DNA of 64,000 nt from Raillietiella orientalis. Its lineage: Eukaryota. The notes beneath the pieces were generated by a model. That model saw only the letters and a list, made by a program, of their open reading frames with translations. It was not told where the DNA came from and ran no database searches. Below are positions 1-11,770 of the stretch, piece by piece (position 1 is the stretch's first letter; every line of letters starts with the position of its first letter). The translations under genes and the position numbers were made by a program. The stretch covers positions 124,001 to 188,000 of the forward strand of contig JAYWIR010000047.1 in NCBI GenBank assembly GCA_036172245.1, given 5' to 3'.

Positions 1-1979
1 TTTTTATCGAACAGTTTCCATGGAAAGGAAGTTAAAAAAATTTGTGTGTGTGTTTTCTTTGGTCCCGACAGCCTGTCCTTTTCCGTTCATGACCCTGTGA
101 AGGAAAACTCAGTTTGTACGCATAAACGAAAACGTTCTCCGTCGAGGACATCTTGCCCCAGAAAATGCCAGAGATGGCTTGGGGGGAACGAAACAGCTCC
201 GTTTTCCTGGAATCAGTCGGAAACACGCCCTCCCGCTCTAAGCACGAAGTGATGAGCAGGCGTTTGTAAACGGAAAAGGACAGGCGTTCAAGATGGGGGG
301 AGGGGAAGAAAATAAATAAATAAATGGAAAACATAATTACCACTTGTAGAATCCGGGTGCGACACACGTATGTACAGGATGTGGAACAGAAAGTGCACGG
401 TTATGAACATACTTCTATCGCCAAAAGTGCTCCAACCGGGTTACCAGGATTTCAGAAGAGCACATCTAAATAAGCAAGGTCTAAATCAGAGACGGAACGT
501 GATGAATATCTGTCGACGAAGTGAAAATCCCCCTATCTCCAATCACGAGGGCTTCTTTCTTCTTTCTTTTTTTTTTTTCAAGAAAATGTCAGATGTCAGA
601 TGGAAGTTTCCATCTCGTGGAGGCAGAGGCAGAATCCTCGACTTCAAGCAGACGCAGAAATTCTGCCACCCGCATGCTTTTTCTCATTTGCGTCTCGATT
701 ACGCCACTAATAAAAAAAAAATAAAAATTTGCGTTGCAATGGAAATGTCGTGCGTCTCGGAATGTTTAACCGAAGAACATCTCGATCCCCATGGGCGCAT
801 TCCCTCTTTTTTTTCCCATCTTACCAGGCTCGTGAAAGGCCCAAACGGATTTTTGCTATTTCAAGGGCATTTCGAAATTTCCGCTTCTCCGCTCTGGGTC
901 CTCCGGAACAACAGGATCTGGAAGCTACGAAACTATGGACCACCTACGGGCCAGGAGGAGATGCAAGCTGATACGCAAGCGAACGGAAGATGAGGCAGTG
1001 AAGAGTGCGTCTGATGCCGTCGCATCTCTCTCACAGGACATCGCAAAGTCCAAACTGATCCAGGGAGAGAACAAAATCGCGTCGAGAGCGAAAGAGCCCT
1101 TCAAATTTCAATCGCAGACGATTATCGAGCAGCTCTCGAAGCAACCTCGGCGGTTCTTCATACAGGTCTCTGAGATGCAGGATGCGCTCAGTCCGAGTTG
1201 ATGAAGAACCGGATGTGGTTCCAGATTTCCGTCGCAGTGGGAAGGGGAACGAAGGAATAACAGCGTTACGAACTGCTGTGAGTGCCTTGCCATGATAGAA
1301 GAATGCTGTTCTTTCACAGCATTCTTCTTCACAGCAGAGTCGATCCGAACGGTCCATTCTACTGTTCTAAAACTCAACGCGTTCAAACCCGCAGGTTGCG
1401 TTCATATGAGCACGGACGGAATCCGCCCGGCACGGCAACCTCCATCTGCTGTGGTTCAAGAAAGCGGCGGCATCCAACGTGGCTTTCCCAAACAAGCAGG
1501 GTCGAGCTAAGGGACGAGCTGATCCCGACAGATCTCTGGAGCTCCAGATATTCAGAACGGGAGGTGCTTGGAGTGGTTTCTTCCTCGCATTCGCTCTTGC
1601 GCTCATTTTGTCCGAGAATTTCTGACCAATACGTTGAGACGGCACTGAAGCGAGGTGATTCGAGCAAATCTGAGCTTTCTTAAGCACTTTCAATGAAAGA
1701 GCTATTTGAGTGCTTCACTCTCTCCATTTTGTTATAATGATGTAAGTATGCTATTTTTGAAAATCCCCTCTACGGCAAGCAATGGCCGAACGCCTCCAAC
1801 TCAAATCCCCCCTTGTAAACCATTGTGTCGCACCAGCGACCATCTGGAAAAGCAGAGTTTGGCTTGATTTTTTCTTGGAACGAGAAGGAACAGAATTAGA
1901 AGAATCAGAATCGTTTCCGGTCATCCTCTCATGTTTTGTTTCGTTTTTTTAAGGAAAAAAAAGCCGGCGATTGTAAATA

Positions 1980-2322
1980 CAGTGGTACCTCGGTACTCGT
2001 CGATAGTTCGTTCCGGAACTCGTGACGAGTGCCGAAACAGAGGAGTACCCAACGAATTTTTCCATATAAGTATGATTAACTCTTAAAATGTACGGAAAGC
2101 ACACAAAAAGGAACAACTCGGGATGCTCTCCGTGGAAATTCCGTGGAGTTCTCTGTTCGCGATCTACCACGAGACTGAAGTGTTCACATGCTTCATCACG
2201 ATAGCGGGATGTCGAGTACCGAGCATGCGCCGAGTGTCGAAACAATTTCTTTTACTTCGTCAAAATGCGACGAGTACTGAGTTTGAAAAGTTCCTACCCC
2301 ATCGAGCACCGAGGTGCCACTG
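1980..2322. mobile_element. Tc1/mariner (pogo/Tigger-like) MITE, 343 bp
   Basis: Left TIR CAGTGGTACCTCGGTACTCG; the right end reverse-complements to CAGTGGCACCTCGGTGCTCG (18/20 match). TA lies on both sides (1978-79 and 2323-24). No transposase ORF. Confidence 0.9.
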
Positions 2323-3179
2323 TACTTGTTCTAGCCCTGATCCACTCCTTTCAGTGGCTGCATCTAAAATGCCGAATCTGGGCCAGTGTATCGAGCACAG
2401 GACATGAATGACCTCTCCCGATCAAGTGAACATAACCATGGGATGCATGAGCCGAGAGCGGAACGTGTTTCATTTTACCAGGAATGATGGGAGACGGTCA
2501 TCACGTCTGAAAAGAAGAGCTTCTAAACGGTCTGCAGTGATATCCCAGAAGTGTCAGACAAGGTCTGCTTCATCCGTGATGACCTTTGGGCATCTAGAGG
2601 GATGCCTGTGGCTGTAGCTCGTCACCTAGGGGTGTGCCTCGTCCTCGAAGTATACCCTTCCTTCTTATCAAGGAAGGCGGAAGCTGCTGTTTGGATATAC
2701 CTGATGAGCGAAGATGAGAAGATAGCCTCCAGTGATTCGTGGGAAGGTCGCGCAGGAGCAAAGACCCCCTACCGAAGGGCCCCATTCATCCTGGTGAAAA
2801 GTAAGGGAAGAATCAAAAATCGATCCAAAGCATGAAAGGAAAGTCTTCGAGGCTCCAGCCGTAAAGTCCAAGCGGCCAAGCGCTCTGGAAGGACCCCTGG
2901 ATCGACGAGCCTTCGGCTAGGAGTTTGCTTTCTCAGCTTCTTGTCACGGAAGCGCGCAGTCGCTGCGCTTTGGAAACGCCCCACAGTCGAGTTCCGACAA
3001 CGCCTGCCTCCTAGCGCGCCCCATGCGCTGTGGTCATCTGGTGCCAGCTGCGAAAGGCGTATCGGGCTGTGCCAAGTCGCGGAGCTCGAAATCGAAATCT
3101 CGAAATCGACGTCGCTCGCAGCCAGCACCAACGTGACCTTGTGAGTGCCGGCTGCGATCTTAGCTGGCTCCTCGCCCCC

Positions 3180-3895
3180 TCGAGGCAAGACCGACCCGAC
3201 CGGCGTCCATGGCGGGAGAGCGTGAGGAGCGCATCTCGTCCCAGTGTGTCCGCACAACGCGCGCCGCTTCCACTGGACGCGGGGAAGAGTAAGGCCTGAA
3301 TGTGCCAGGTGTGGAGAACGGAAATCGCTCCCTCACCTACTTGTTGATTGTCCTGCCTTCCGACCCCTTTAGGAGCGGTTCGGGACGACCATCGGGCTCC
3401 CAACGGGCAGCGCGCCCAGAGACGTTTTCCGGCTTCTCTTCGTGCAGAACGCCCTGCAGCTAGCCGCAGCCGTGGCAGCACTATGCTGCATCCGAGGCAT
3501 CATGGTGACTTGGAGTGATGCCCACGACGGAGATCGTCGTAACGAGAAGGACGTCATCCCATATGCGGTCTGCTTCATGCAGAGAGCTACCGGATGGCCC
3601 CAACTAAGTGGAATGCTGATGGACCTCAAGGGCATCCTGCGAAGAATGGACCCTCCTCCAAGTGGACTGTGATTCCTTCCTCTCCCTCTAAACTCTTTTT
3701 TTTTTTTGATTATTTTTTATTTTTCTTCTTGTTTTCTCCCCCATTCCCTCCCACTGCCGAGGAGTGTCACGCCGGGCTGCGTCCCGGCGTCCCGGCAGGG
3801 CCGGTGTTGTGTTGGCCGTTAGTGGGATCTTGTACCACGTTTCTTGTAGAGTTTATTTCAATAAACGCCCCGGGTGTGCCCGGGTGGCAAACCCA
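3180..3895 (+). mobile_element. 3' end of L1/Tx1-clade LINE (ORF2 C-terminal zinc finger plus 3' UTR)
   Basis: Translation near 3290 gives PECARCGERKSLPHLLVDCP (zf-RVT CCHC) and runs to GILRRMDPPPSGL* at 3672. A T-rich 3' UTR, AATAAA (3860-65) and a terminal hairpin follow. Homologous to the minus-strand copy at ~13908-14930. Confidence 0.8.
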
Positions 3896-4200
3896 GTGTG
3901 TCCGCACTGCGCGACTCCCTGACTCTGGGGCAACTTGGGTCCCGCCATCTGCCATTCCTCGCTTTGCAGAGCGTGCGTGGCACCAAGGGACCGTTTCCCT
4001 TGGTTCGACATCGGCTCAGGAAGGGGGGGGAATCGCATAAAGTGGAGTACGACCTCCTGTTCGGCCGAAAGCAGAGTCTGCTTTAGTGAGCCCTGCTTTC
4101 GGCTGAGCAGGAGGTTGTGAGCTACAGTGGGCGAGTACTTTTCACGCCTCCCAAGCGCACCTTCGGTCACCAGATAGGGTGCCCTGTGCCATGCCCACAC

Positions 4201-4945
4201 TGGAGGCCACGCGGCTAAGGTCTCCGAGCATGGTACCAAAAGCGCTGCGGGTTCGAATCCCACCTGGGGAAAAACCGACGCCGGGAAACGGGTGCGTCGT
4301 GGTTTTCGAGTTTCCTCCTCAAGATGACGCTGGTCGACCCACGGGCTTCGGATGCGGCACTGGTGGAAGCCGGATGTCCCCGCCGGCTATACGGGATTTA
4401 AAAGTGGACCTTTTGTGGTCCTTCCAGGACTTCAAAGAGCCAGTCGGGGTTCCCTTCCAGTTGCGAAAATGGAACCGTTACCACGAAACTGGTTGATGCC
4501 CTCCTTGGGGGTCGCTTCAGGAGAGTCCTTTAGAAAAATTGGAAGGCATCACTCCGAGGTCCACTTCAGAGGAAGAAACGAGGAGCGGTCCCCTCGCGGG
4601 TTCCATCGGAGCAGAGATTCTAGGAGCGGATCCTTTCCGAGTTCCCTTTGGAGAAGAAGCGAGGAGCGGACCTATCCAGGGGATTCCTCCGGAGAGAATA
4701 AGGAAGTGGTTCCCTTCGGGGTTCCACTATTGAGCTCAAGAGGGACGGACTTCCTCCTCAAGAGGAACGGGATCTCTATGGATACAGGATGGAGCCCTCC
4801 TTGGATCGACAGGGTGGTCACTGTACGGTCACTCCCTATAACTATGAAGAGTGACACGCACTCACGGGTTACGTGGACAGCGTTAGAAAGCATTGTGAGC
4901 TCCCCTTACCCCCTAGGGAGGCAGGCGGTTATTCAGCATTTGACG
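4201..4945 (+). mobile_element. tRNA-headed SINE-like element, copy 1
   Basis: A-box-like TGGAGGCCACGCGGCTAAGG (4201-4220), B-box GGTTCGAATCC (4250-4260) and shared core CAAGATGACGCT (4320-4331). The body has CCTTCGGGGTTCC-type subrepeats, and the tail is shared with the copies at 9760 and 24090. Confidence 0.65.
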
Positions 4946-7900
4946 AACCAACCGCAATTTCCAGTCGCTAGGGTTGCTGTGGTAGGTGGTTGACCGGTGC
5001 AGAGAAGGGTCAGCATGGCAGTCACCGAGAAGGAGCGATCTCACTCCCGACTTTTTCCATGCCGGCGGAAGCCTTTCGTCGCGAGCCACCGAGGAATCCG
5101 GCTATTTCTGGGAGTGAATGCAGGTGGGCATACGTCACGCGCCTCCCGCAGACCTCCCTTTTCGGTTTCGGTCCACTGTGCAGAAGTCTGCTCACCGTAC
5201 CTAAAAGTCCACCGCGAGAACCAGGCACCGCGTCTCTCCTCTGGGTCACACTTGAACTTCCTCCCGCAGGGCACGCAGGAAGCGAAGCAGCAGCAAGCGA
5301 AAGGAAGGACCGGATAAGGAGGTCCGAAAAACGAAAACGGGAGGAAAACTCCTGACTCTGGACCTCCGCGTGCCGGGCACTTCCAAGGCTGTCGATCTAG
5401 CTGCCACGATCGGTGCTCTCCTCTCGATCTTTGTGAGGCCTCGAAATCCCAGCTCTGCTCGCAACAGCTGCTGGTGCCTGCACCACATTCGAGTCCCCGG
5501 GTCGAAGAACAGGAAGTGAGACAAACGGCGTGGCCACCGCCGCCGCATCCGCGGAGGCGCCTCGTGAGTAGGCTCCAGCATGGCTCACGGGACCGTGCTT
5601 CTTTCTAGTCTGTTCCGGCACTTCCGGAACTGCCCAGGCTCCTCTGTCAGGACCTCTCTCGCCTCCCCAAAGCATCCAAGCGAGATGTTCGTTCAACTGC
5701 GCTCAGGAAGGACACCAGGCTGTTTTTCCCCTCCTCAGTCAGAAAAAGGCCAAGGAGGAGAACGATCGCGTCTGCAGCGCTTCAGCCTCCGTGGAAAACG
5801 TCAATCCGTGACGGATTTCCGGACGGTCCTCCCATTCACTGGCACCGACCGGTCCCTGAGCTCCTAGCGCGGTAGGCCCGTGGCCGCTGGCACTCCCAGT
5901 ATCCTCTTTGTCTTGCTCAGTCACTTGGAGCGAAGCTGCCGGAAGCTCCTCTCGCGCCTCCGGGCATCTTTTCCCCCCAGGGAATCCCGGCGATACGACT
6001 CATCCCCTCCGTTTGAGCCGGCTGACCGGGGGACCGCGCGAGTCTGCAGAAGACATCCACAGGCTGCAGGGATACGTTTTCAGGATCGAGAGGAGGCGGG
6101 GGAGGGCTCCGCGAAGCCGTCGGCAATCGTGGGGTGGCTCGCATTCTCCCTCCCCCCTTGCTTGGGTCTCGCACTTCCCGTCTTCCAGAGAGGAAGTCCT
6201 TTGCTTCCCAATCCAGGGATTCCCTCCGCGAAGTGCGAGCCGGAGACTATTCTCGGAGCCCCCTAGGAAAGGAAGGTAGGGAGAGAATGGGTTCCCTCCT
6301 CCTCCGGATCCACGTCTTCCTTTCCGTTCCGCTGTCGGCAGCTCGGAGGTGGTCTCCAGTGCTTTTTCAGGAAGAGGAGACTCCGATTCAGTCGAGGAGA
6401 GTTCGACCTCGCGCGCAATCCTGTCAGGAGGGAAGGAATAAGGGGATTGCGAAGTCCCTGGAATCCTTCCGGGAAAACCCATCCGACCTCGCTGGTCAGG
6501 TTTGCTGCGCGCCTGATGATTTTCAGACTGTGCACCCTGTCGAGGTTGGAGGTTCCAGGAAGGCCGTAGCACCTCTAAAATCCCTCCCGCTATTCCCCCT
6601 TCCTGAAGCGGTGGTGGTCTTTGCTGGGTGGCCTCCGATCTGACTGTTGTGCAGGAGGCAACGGCTTCTCTCGGCTCAACACGCAGTCGGATGTTGTGCC
6701 TTGGGCGAACCTGAAGTCGCTGACGGTGCCGTTGGGACGTCAGTCACTACCGCCACGTAGTTTCCGCGGGCTCAGCTGACCACGTGATATGAGTCGGCCA
6801 AGCGTCTCTGGCCGTGCACCCTTTTCTTCCCTCCGCTGCACAACCAGGGGCGGGCACTCTTCGGACGGAGTCCTCCGAGGACCTGCTCGCCCCCGCCCGC
6901 TTTCTCTCCGATCCTGCCGGAGGAGAGCAGTGGGAGAGGGACGGAGGAGGGGAATCACTCAGGGCTGTGAGATGAGAAGGCGGGCATGACGAAAGAAGAT
7001 GAGAATGGGGAAGAGGGGGGATGGAGCGGAAGGAAGGTTCAATCGTTGAGGCGGAGGATTGCGTGTCAGGTCAACTTCGCATCCCTCCCTCACAGGTTTC
7101 CTGCGGGTCGCACCGAGACAAGAGACAGGAATGAATCGGGGCAGCAGCGAAAGTAGATTTGTCCCTCCCACCCCGTCACATCTTCCCCTTTCCGAAGCGT
7201 TCCCAGTCGCCTTGGCGACGGCACCCTCACGCTTCCTTCCCCGCCCCCGGAGGATGACTTCACGCCTCCTTAAGCCGTTCCCGGCCCAATTTCGCTCCTA
7301 CGGCTTCAGTCCTCTGCCAAGTCCCTTTCTGGTTCCATGGCACGACTTCTTACCCTTTCTTCTCCTCCCTCATCTTTTGAACTTCCACCTCCTGCATCCC
7401 TCCTCCTCATCTCCTCCTCATCTCCTCCTCATCTCCTTTGTATCCCCTTTTCTGGCCCCTGCTCCAGAGCCCCATTGGCCTGCCAGGGACATTTTCTTTC
7501 CAGAGCTCGGCAGCCGCACGGAGGTTTGGACCACGCACACCGGGGCTCTTGACCTCTACCTGCACCTCACCCGCCCTCCTACATCCTTGAATTCCCCTTT
7601 CTCTCCCTTTTTGGCATCTCGGAGGGGGAGCAAGGATGGAGGAGAGAAAAGATCGCTTCCGGCGCCATGAGTGCAGGCGTCCTCGCGTGTGTCTGTAGGA
7701 ATGCGTTTCGTCCCTTTCGGCGGTTCTCTGCGTTAGAGACAGGGTGGGTGAAGGGTGCACCGGGAGCTTCGGAGGTGAAGACCCTTCCTTCTCCCTTCTT
7801 GAAGGGGGGGAAGGGGGAAGTACTGTGCACTCAATCGTGCCGTGCCAAGGAAGTGAGAGGAAAAGAAGGAAAGGAGGAGGAGGAGGAACCGGAGAAACCC

Positions 7901-8049
7901 CATTCTGGGGAAGGGACTCATCTGAGATCTCCCCATCGCCCTTGCGGTGGCTTTTTCTAGGTGGAGAAGACGGATGAGCGAAAAAGATGACGCTGACCCT
8001 TGTTCAGCGAGCACTTCTTGAAGGAAAAGGGGCTGTCTGTCCTAAGGGT

Positions 8050-9560
8050 GCGATTCTTCTGACTATGGTGCTTTTAGCCACAAGCAGTCCTGGAGATCCG
8101 GCTTCCAGCCCCCAGTCTTACTAACTGGCGCCAATGAGAAGCCAAGCGTACGAGCTCACCCAACGAGACGCAGATGCAGAGTGCAATAGCGTCCTCAGAT
8201 CTCCTGTGGTCCCTCGCCAGGCCACTAGACTGGATTCGAGGTTCATCGCCATTTGGAATGCTTCCTGGATCCTCTTCAGGACATCATGACAGGCAGGCAG
8301 GGCCAACCTTGAGGCAGTCTGCCTCCTTCGGCAAGCCCACAAGGATGTCGTCCCCACTTCCTCGCCTTATCGCTTCTGTCCTTACCGTTAGGGTGCTGCA
8401 GACTGCGCAGATCACTTTGGATCGGACAGCCCTTTCCTGAGCCGTCTCTCCCAGCCTCTCATCCCTCTTTCACGGGGCAAACCTTAAAGTCCCAAGTCCT
8501 CGGGACAAAGCAAAGGGCGTCTACATCTTCGCGCAGCTGTCCACTGTCGGTGAGGAAGTAGCTGGCGAAGGTCCGCTCGGAGATGGCGTCCTTATCGGCT
8601 CGGAACCTCACCAGGAAGAGTTCATGCAGGTCCCTTACGTTCCAGATGTCCAGGATCTACGGGAGTTCGGCCGGGATCTCCTTCAGCCCGAAGGCCGTCT
8701 TCACGAGGTGGACCATCTTCGAGTCGAGGATGAAATCCGGGGAAGAAGAGAGCCGACATGTTTGGAATACGCGGTTAGTCTCCAGTAGCCAACTGCAGAA
8801 GCACGGGCCAAGGTCGAGGTAGTCGCTCTGCAGGCCAGCAAGGTTTCCACGGGGCGGCGATTGCCATCCGGTCAAGGAAAAATCCCCCTCTTGCGATTCT
8901 CCTCCTCTCCTTCTTCCTCATCCTGCTACAGGATCGCAAGTACCCTAGAAAAAGGTCTGCAGGCAGGTTGCACTCCATCATTGCCAGTCCGCTCGCATAT
9001 CCAGGGCACGGGGAATCTCGTCCAGCGGAGTGTCTCTTTGTGAACGAGAAGCGCTTGCCCTCACGGCGGCATCGTTCATGAGGTCTTTACAGTCTGGACA
9101 GAGGGACACTCTCCATTCCCACGAAAGGTCTACCCAAAGATTCCAGTGCTGTCTGGTCTGGTGGGCCGCCTTAGCGTGAAGCAATTAGGGCACCTCAAGG
9201 CAGAGAAGCTAGTGGCAAGCCAGCTTTCTCCACCGCCTTCCGGTCTCGAACCAGCAGCCGGTAAGGTTTCTCTCGAGCAACTCGCGAGGCCTGCCGGGCG
9301 CTCAAGTCTGGAGCAGCGCAGGACATCACCGCGGAAGAGCGTGGGCGATGGAACCACCTTGCCTCCCCCATAGGCAGATCAGACTTTCGCAGGGACGTCG
9401 CGCTCATCCCCGAGGAAGCTGGTTGGCAGCTGTGTGGTCTCCAGCTCAGGCTGGGTCCCTTTCCCGCCCCTTGAGCTCCGATTGGGTACTCAGTGGCCTA
9501 CCTGAGGCTCCGACCGCCAAATCGGTTCCGCCAACCCTGTTCTGAAATCCCCACGGCCCG
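8050..9560 (-). pseudogene. Degenerate gag/ORF1-like retroelement remnant with N-terminal CxxC pairs and a decayed zinc knuckle
   Basis: Minus-strand fragments read LRCPNCF...VSLCPDCK, then a helical region (FCSWLLETNRVF...LHELFLVRF), then a decayed CCHC-like TACG*KHHSQKN near 8060-8095. Frameshifts and stops are present. The 5' part is repeated at ~10620-10960. Confidence 0.4.
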
Positions 9561-9759
9561 CGCGTTTCGCTCAACGCAGGCTTTGCGTGCGCGCGCCTGA
9601 ACACCGCGTTGGCCTCCTTGGTCTCCCAGCCGGGCGTAGCCGCTCGCTTGATGCCGCGTTTGCCTTTTTTCCGTTAGCTGCTTTCGCTGCTCTCCTTCCG
9701 AATTTTTCCTTCCTTTTTTTCGGGTTTTCCTTTTTTTTTTGGTTCCCAAAATGCTGAAG

Positions 9760-10540
9760 AACCATTCCCTTCCTTTGAAGGAGGTCACTAAGCTCTTCAA
9801 CGCTGTCCAGAGTGCGTGAGACCTCTTAAAGTTAAAGGGTAACCTTAGAGGCGCCACCCTATGGATCCAGGAAGACGCCAAAAAAGGAGTCCGTTTCTAT
9901 TACGCTTAAAAGGGACTTGGAAGGGAACCCCGCTCTGGCTGTCTCCTAAGGGACCACCATATGGATCTAGGAAGGCTCTGGAGGAAGGAGTCCGTTGCTC
10001 TCACGGCTGGGATGAAACCCCGAAGGGACCCTCTTCCTCACCATCTCTGGATAGGTTCCTTCGAAGACAAGAAGATCACTCCTTGTTTCTTCTACGGATG
10101 GATCCCCAGGAAGGATCCACTCCTTGTTTTCCTCTAAAGAAAACCCGAAAGGGGCGCTTTCCAATTTCTCTGAAGGGAGCGGCGCGCTTCTTACACTCTG
10201 GAGAGGCAACTGCGGAAGGGGGCATCAACCAGCATCATGGCACGCGACGGAGGAATCCCCCGAGGATAGGAGCGGCCCCATTTCACAACCCGAGAAAAAT
10301 CCCGAATGGAACCGGCTCCTTGATTCTTGGAAGACCCCGGTTTGTCAACGGGGGCATTCGGATGTTTCCGGCTTCCACCAGTGACACACCCAAAACCTGT
10401 CGGCATACCAGCTCATCCTGCGGGGGGGCTCTAAACCCACGACGCGTCCCTTATTTCTCCGCGTCGACCTGTCCCCGGGCGGGGTTCGAGCACGCGACGC
10501 TTGGCGTCACGCGCGGAGAGCGTGGCCGAGCGGACCTCCA
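9760..10540 (-). mobile_element. tRNA-headed SINE-like element, copy 2
   Basis: The reverse complement starts TGGAGGTCCGCTCGG...TGCTCGAACCC, then the family core (CAGGATGAGCTGG, CTGGTGGAAGCCGG), then the tail CTGGACAGCGTTGAAGAGC matching copy 1. Confidence 0.6.
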
Positions 10541-10619
10541 TCCTTCCCCGGGCTCCAGGGCTTTCCACTCGCTTCTTGCGCCACGAGGATGCAGCGTGGT
10601 GTCTTTGCATCTCTCCTAT

Positions 10620-10960
10620 TCCACCCAAAGTTCCTTGCTTTGGGGGATTTTCGCCATGCTTCCGACGCAGCTCGGAAGAAGCGATGCCTGCCTCTTTGGA
10701 CTGCACAGAGGGACACTGTCCATGCCCACGAAAGACCCGCCCAGAGGTTCCCGTCTGGTCTGGTAGGCTGCCTTAGGGCGAAGCAATCCGAGCACCTCAA
10801 GGCGGTGAGGCAAGTGGAAGTTCACCCTTTCTGTTCAGTGGTCTCCTGGCGTCGGTCCATCAGAAGCCCCACGATGCGTGAGCAGGCGCAGCCGTGCTCA
10901 GTCGGGAACAGCGACGCGGTGCTTCCTTGTTAAGAGGGATCCACGTGACCAGCTGGAAAG
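10620..10960 (-). repeat. Second partial copy of the 5' part of the gag-like remnant
   Basis: 10740-10815 aligns with 9135-9210 (GTCTGGTCTGGT...GCACCTCAAGGC). The translations are LRCSDCFALRQPTRPD versus LRCPNCFTLRRPTRPD. Confidence 0.6.
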
Positions 10961-11242
10961 TGAGCTGGATAGTCACAGCTTCACGCACAGGTGCTTTTTT
11001 TTTTGCCGCCTATTTCCCTCGTTTTCATTTTTCTTTTTGAATGCCCCTTCAACTTTGGTGGTCTAACCGTTAGGTGAGGAAGAGAGTCCCACAATAAGGA
11101 GGCCTCGGAAGCTTCTCCCGGTCCGCAGACTTCCTTGTCCCAGGCGAAGAGTGTGCAGGCGACCGCGCGACCGACGGTGCACCCTGCGTGGAACGGCTGC
11201 TCCACTTGGAGGGAGAACGCGCCCGCTTGGCACTTTGCTGAG

Positions 11243-11770
11243 CCCGCGTCGTAGGCCGGCGGTTTACGACGGTGGTCTCCGCGCGTGCCACCATGCGTCA
11301 TGGGTTTGAATACTCCAAAGGAATAGATGCAGTGCGTCGTGGGTCCCGAGTTCACCCCACAAGATGACGCTGGTTGGCCTACATTCATCCGGGTGCAGCA
11401 CTGGTAGCGGTTCAAACCGGATGCCCCCCGATGAGGGCCGGGACAAATGGGAGTTGACCTCCGGGTACTTCCAGAATCATGGAGTGGGAGCTCCCCTTCG
11501 GTTGTGAAGGAGCGGACCCCCATTCCGGGGAGGACCCCTCCGCGTCGAACTGATGGAGTAGGTGTGTCGCCACCACCTCTCCAGGGAGTGCAGAGACGCG
11601 AGCCGATCCCTTCGGGGAAGCTGCGTCCTTCTGAATTTCGGAAGCGTTCTTTCTGGGTTCTCTTCAGAGGAGTAAAAACAGGAGCAAATCCCTCCAAGGG
11701 TCTCTTCGGACAGAATAAGGAAGGAGATTTCCCGTCGGAATTCCCCTTCGGAGAAAACCAGGGTGTAAAG
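11243..11770 (+). mobile_element. tRNA-headed SINE-like element, copy 3, running directly into L1 ORF1
   Basis: B-box-like GGTTTGAATAC (11303-11313) and core CAAGATGACGCT (11360-11371). The body is colinear with the copy at 32830-33657 up to CGGAGAAAACCAGGGTG. Confidence 0.6.

Noticed and set aside
370..1693. Protein-coding gene from ORFs at 370-993, 935-1201 and 1282-1683
   Set aside because: No recognisable motif or consistent splice model; it may be a decayed coding sequence but cannot be supported.
4201..4270. Functional tRNA gene (perfect GGTTCGAATCC B box)
   Set aside because: No acceptor or anticodon stem could be folded, and the segment is the head of a dispersed repeat with several diverged copies in the window.
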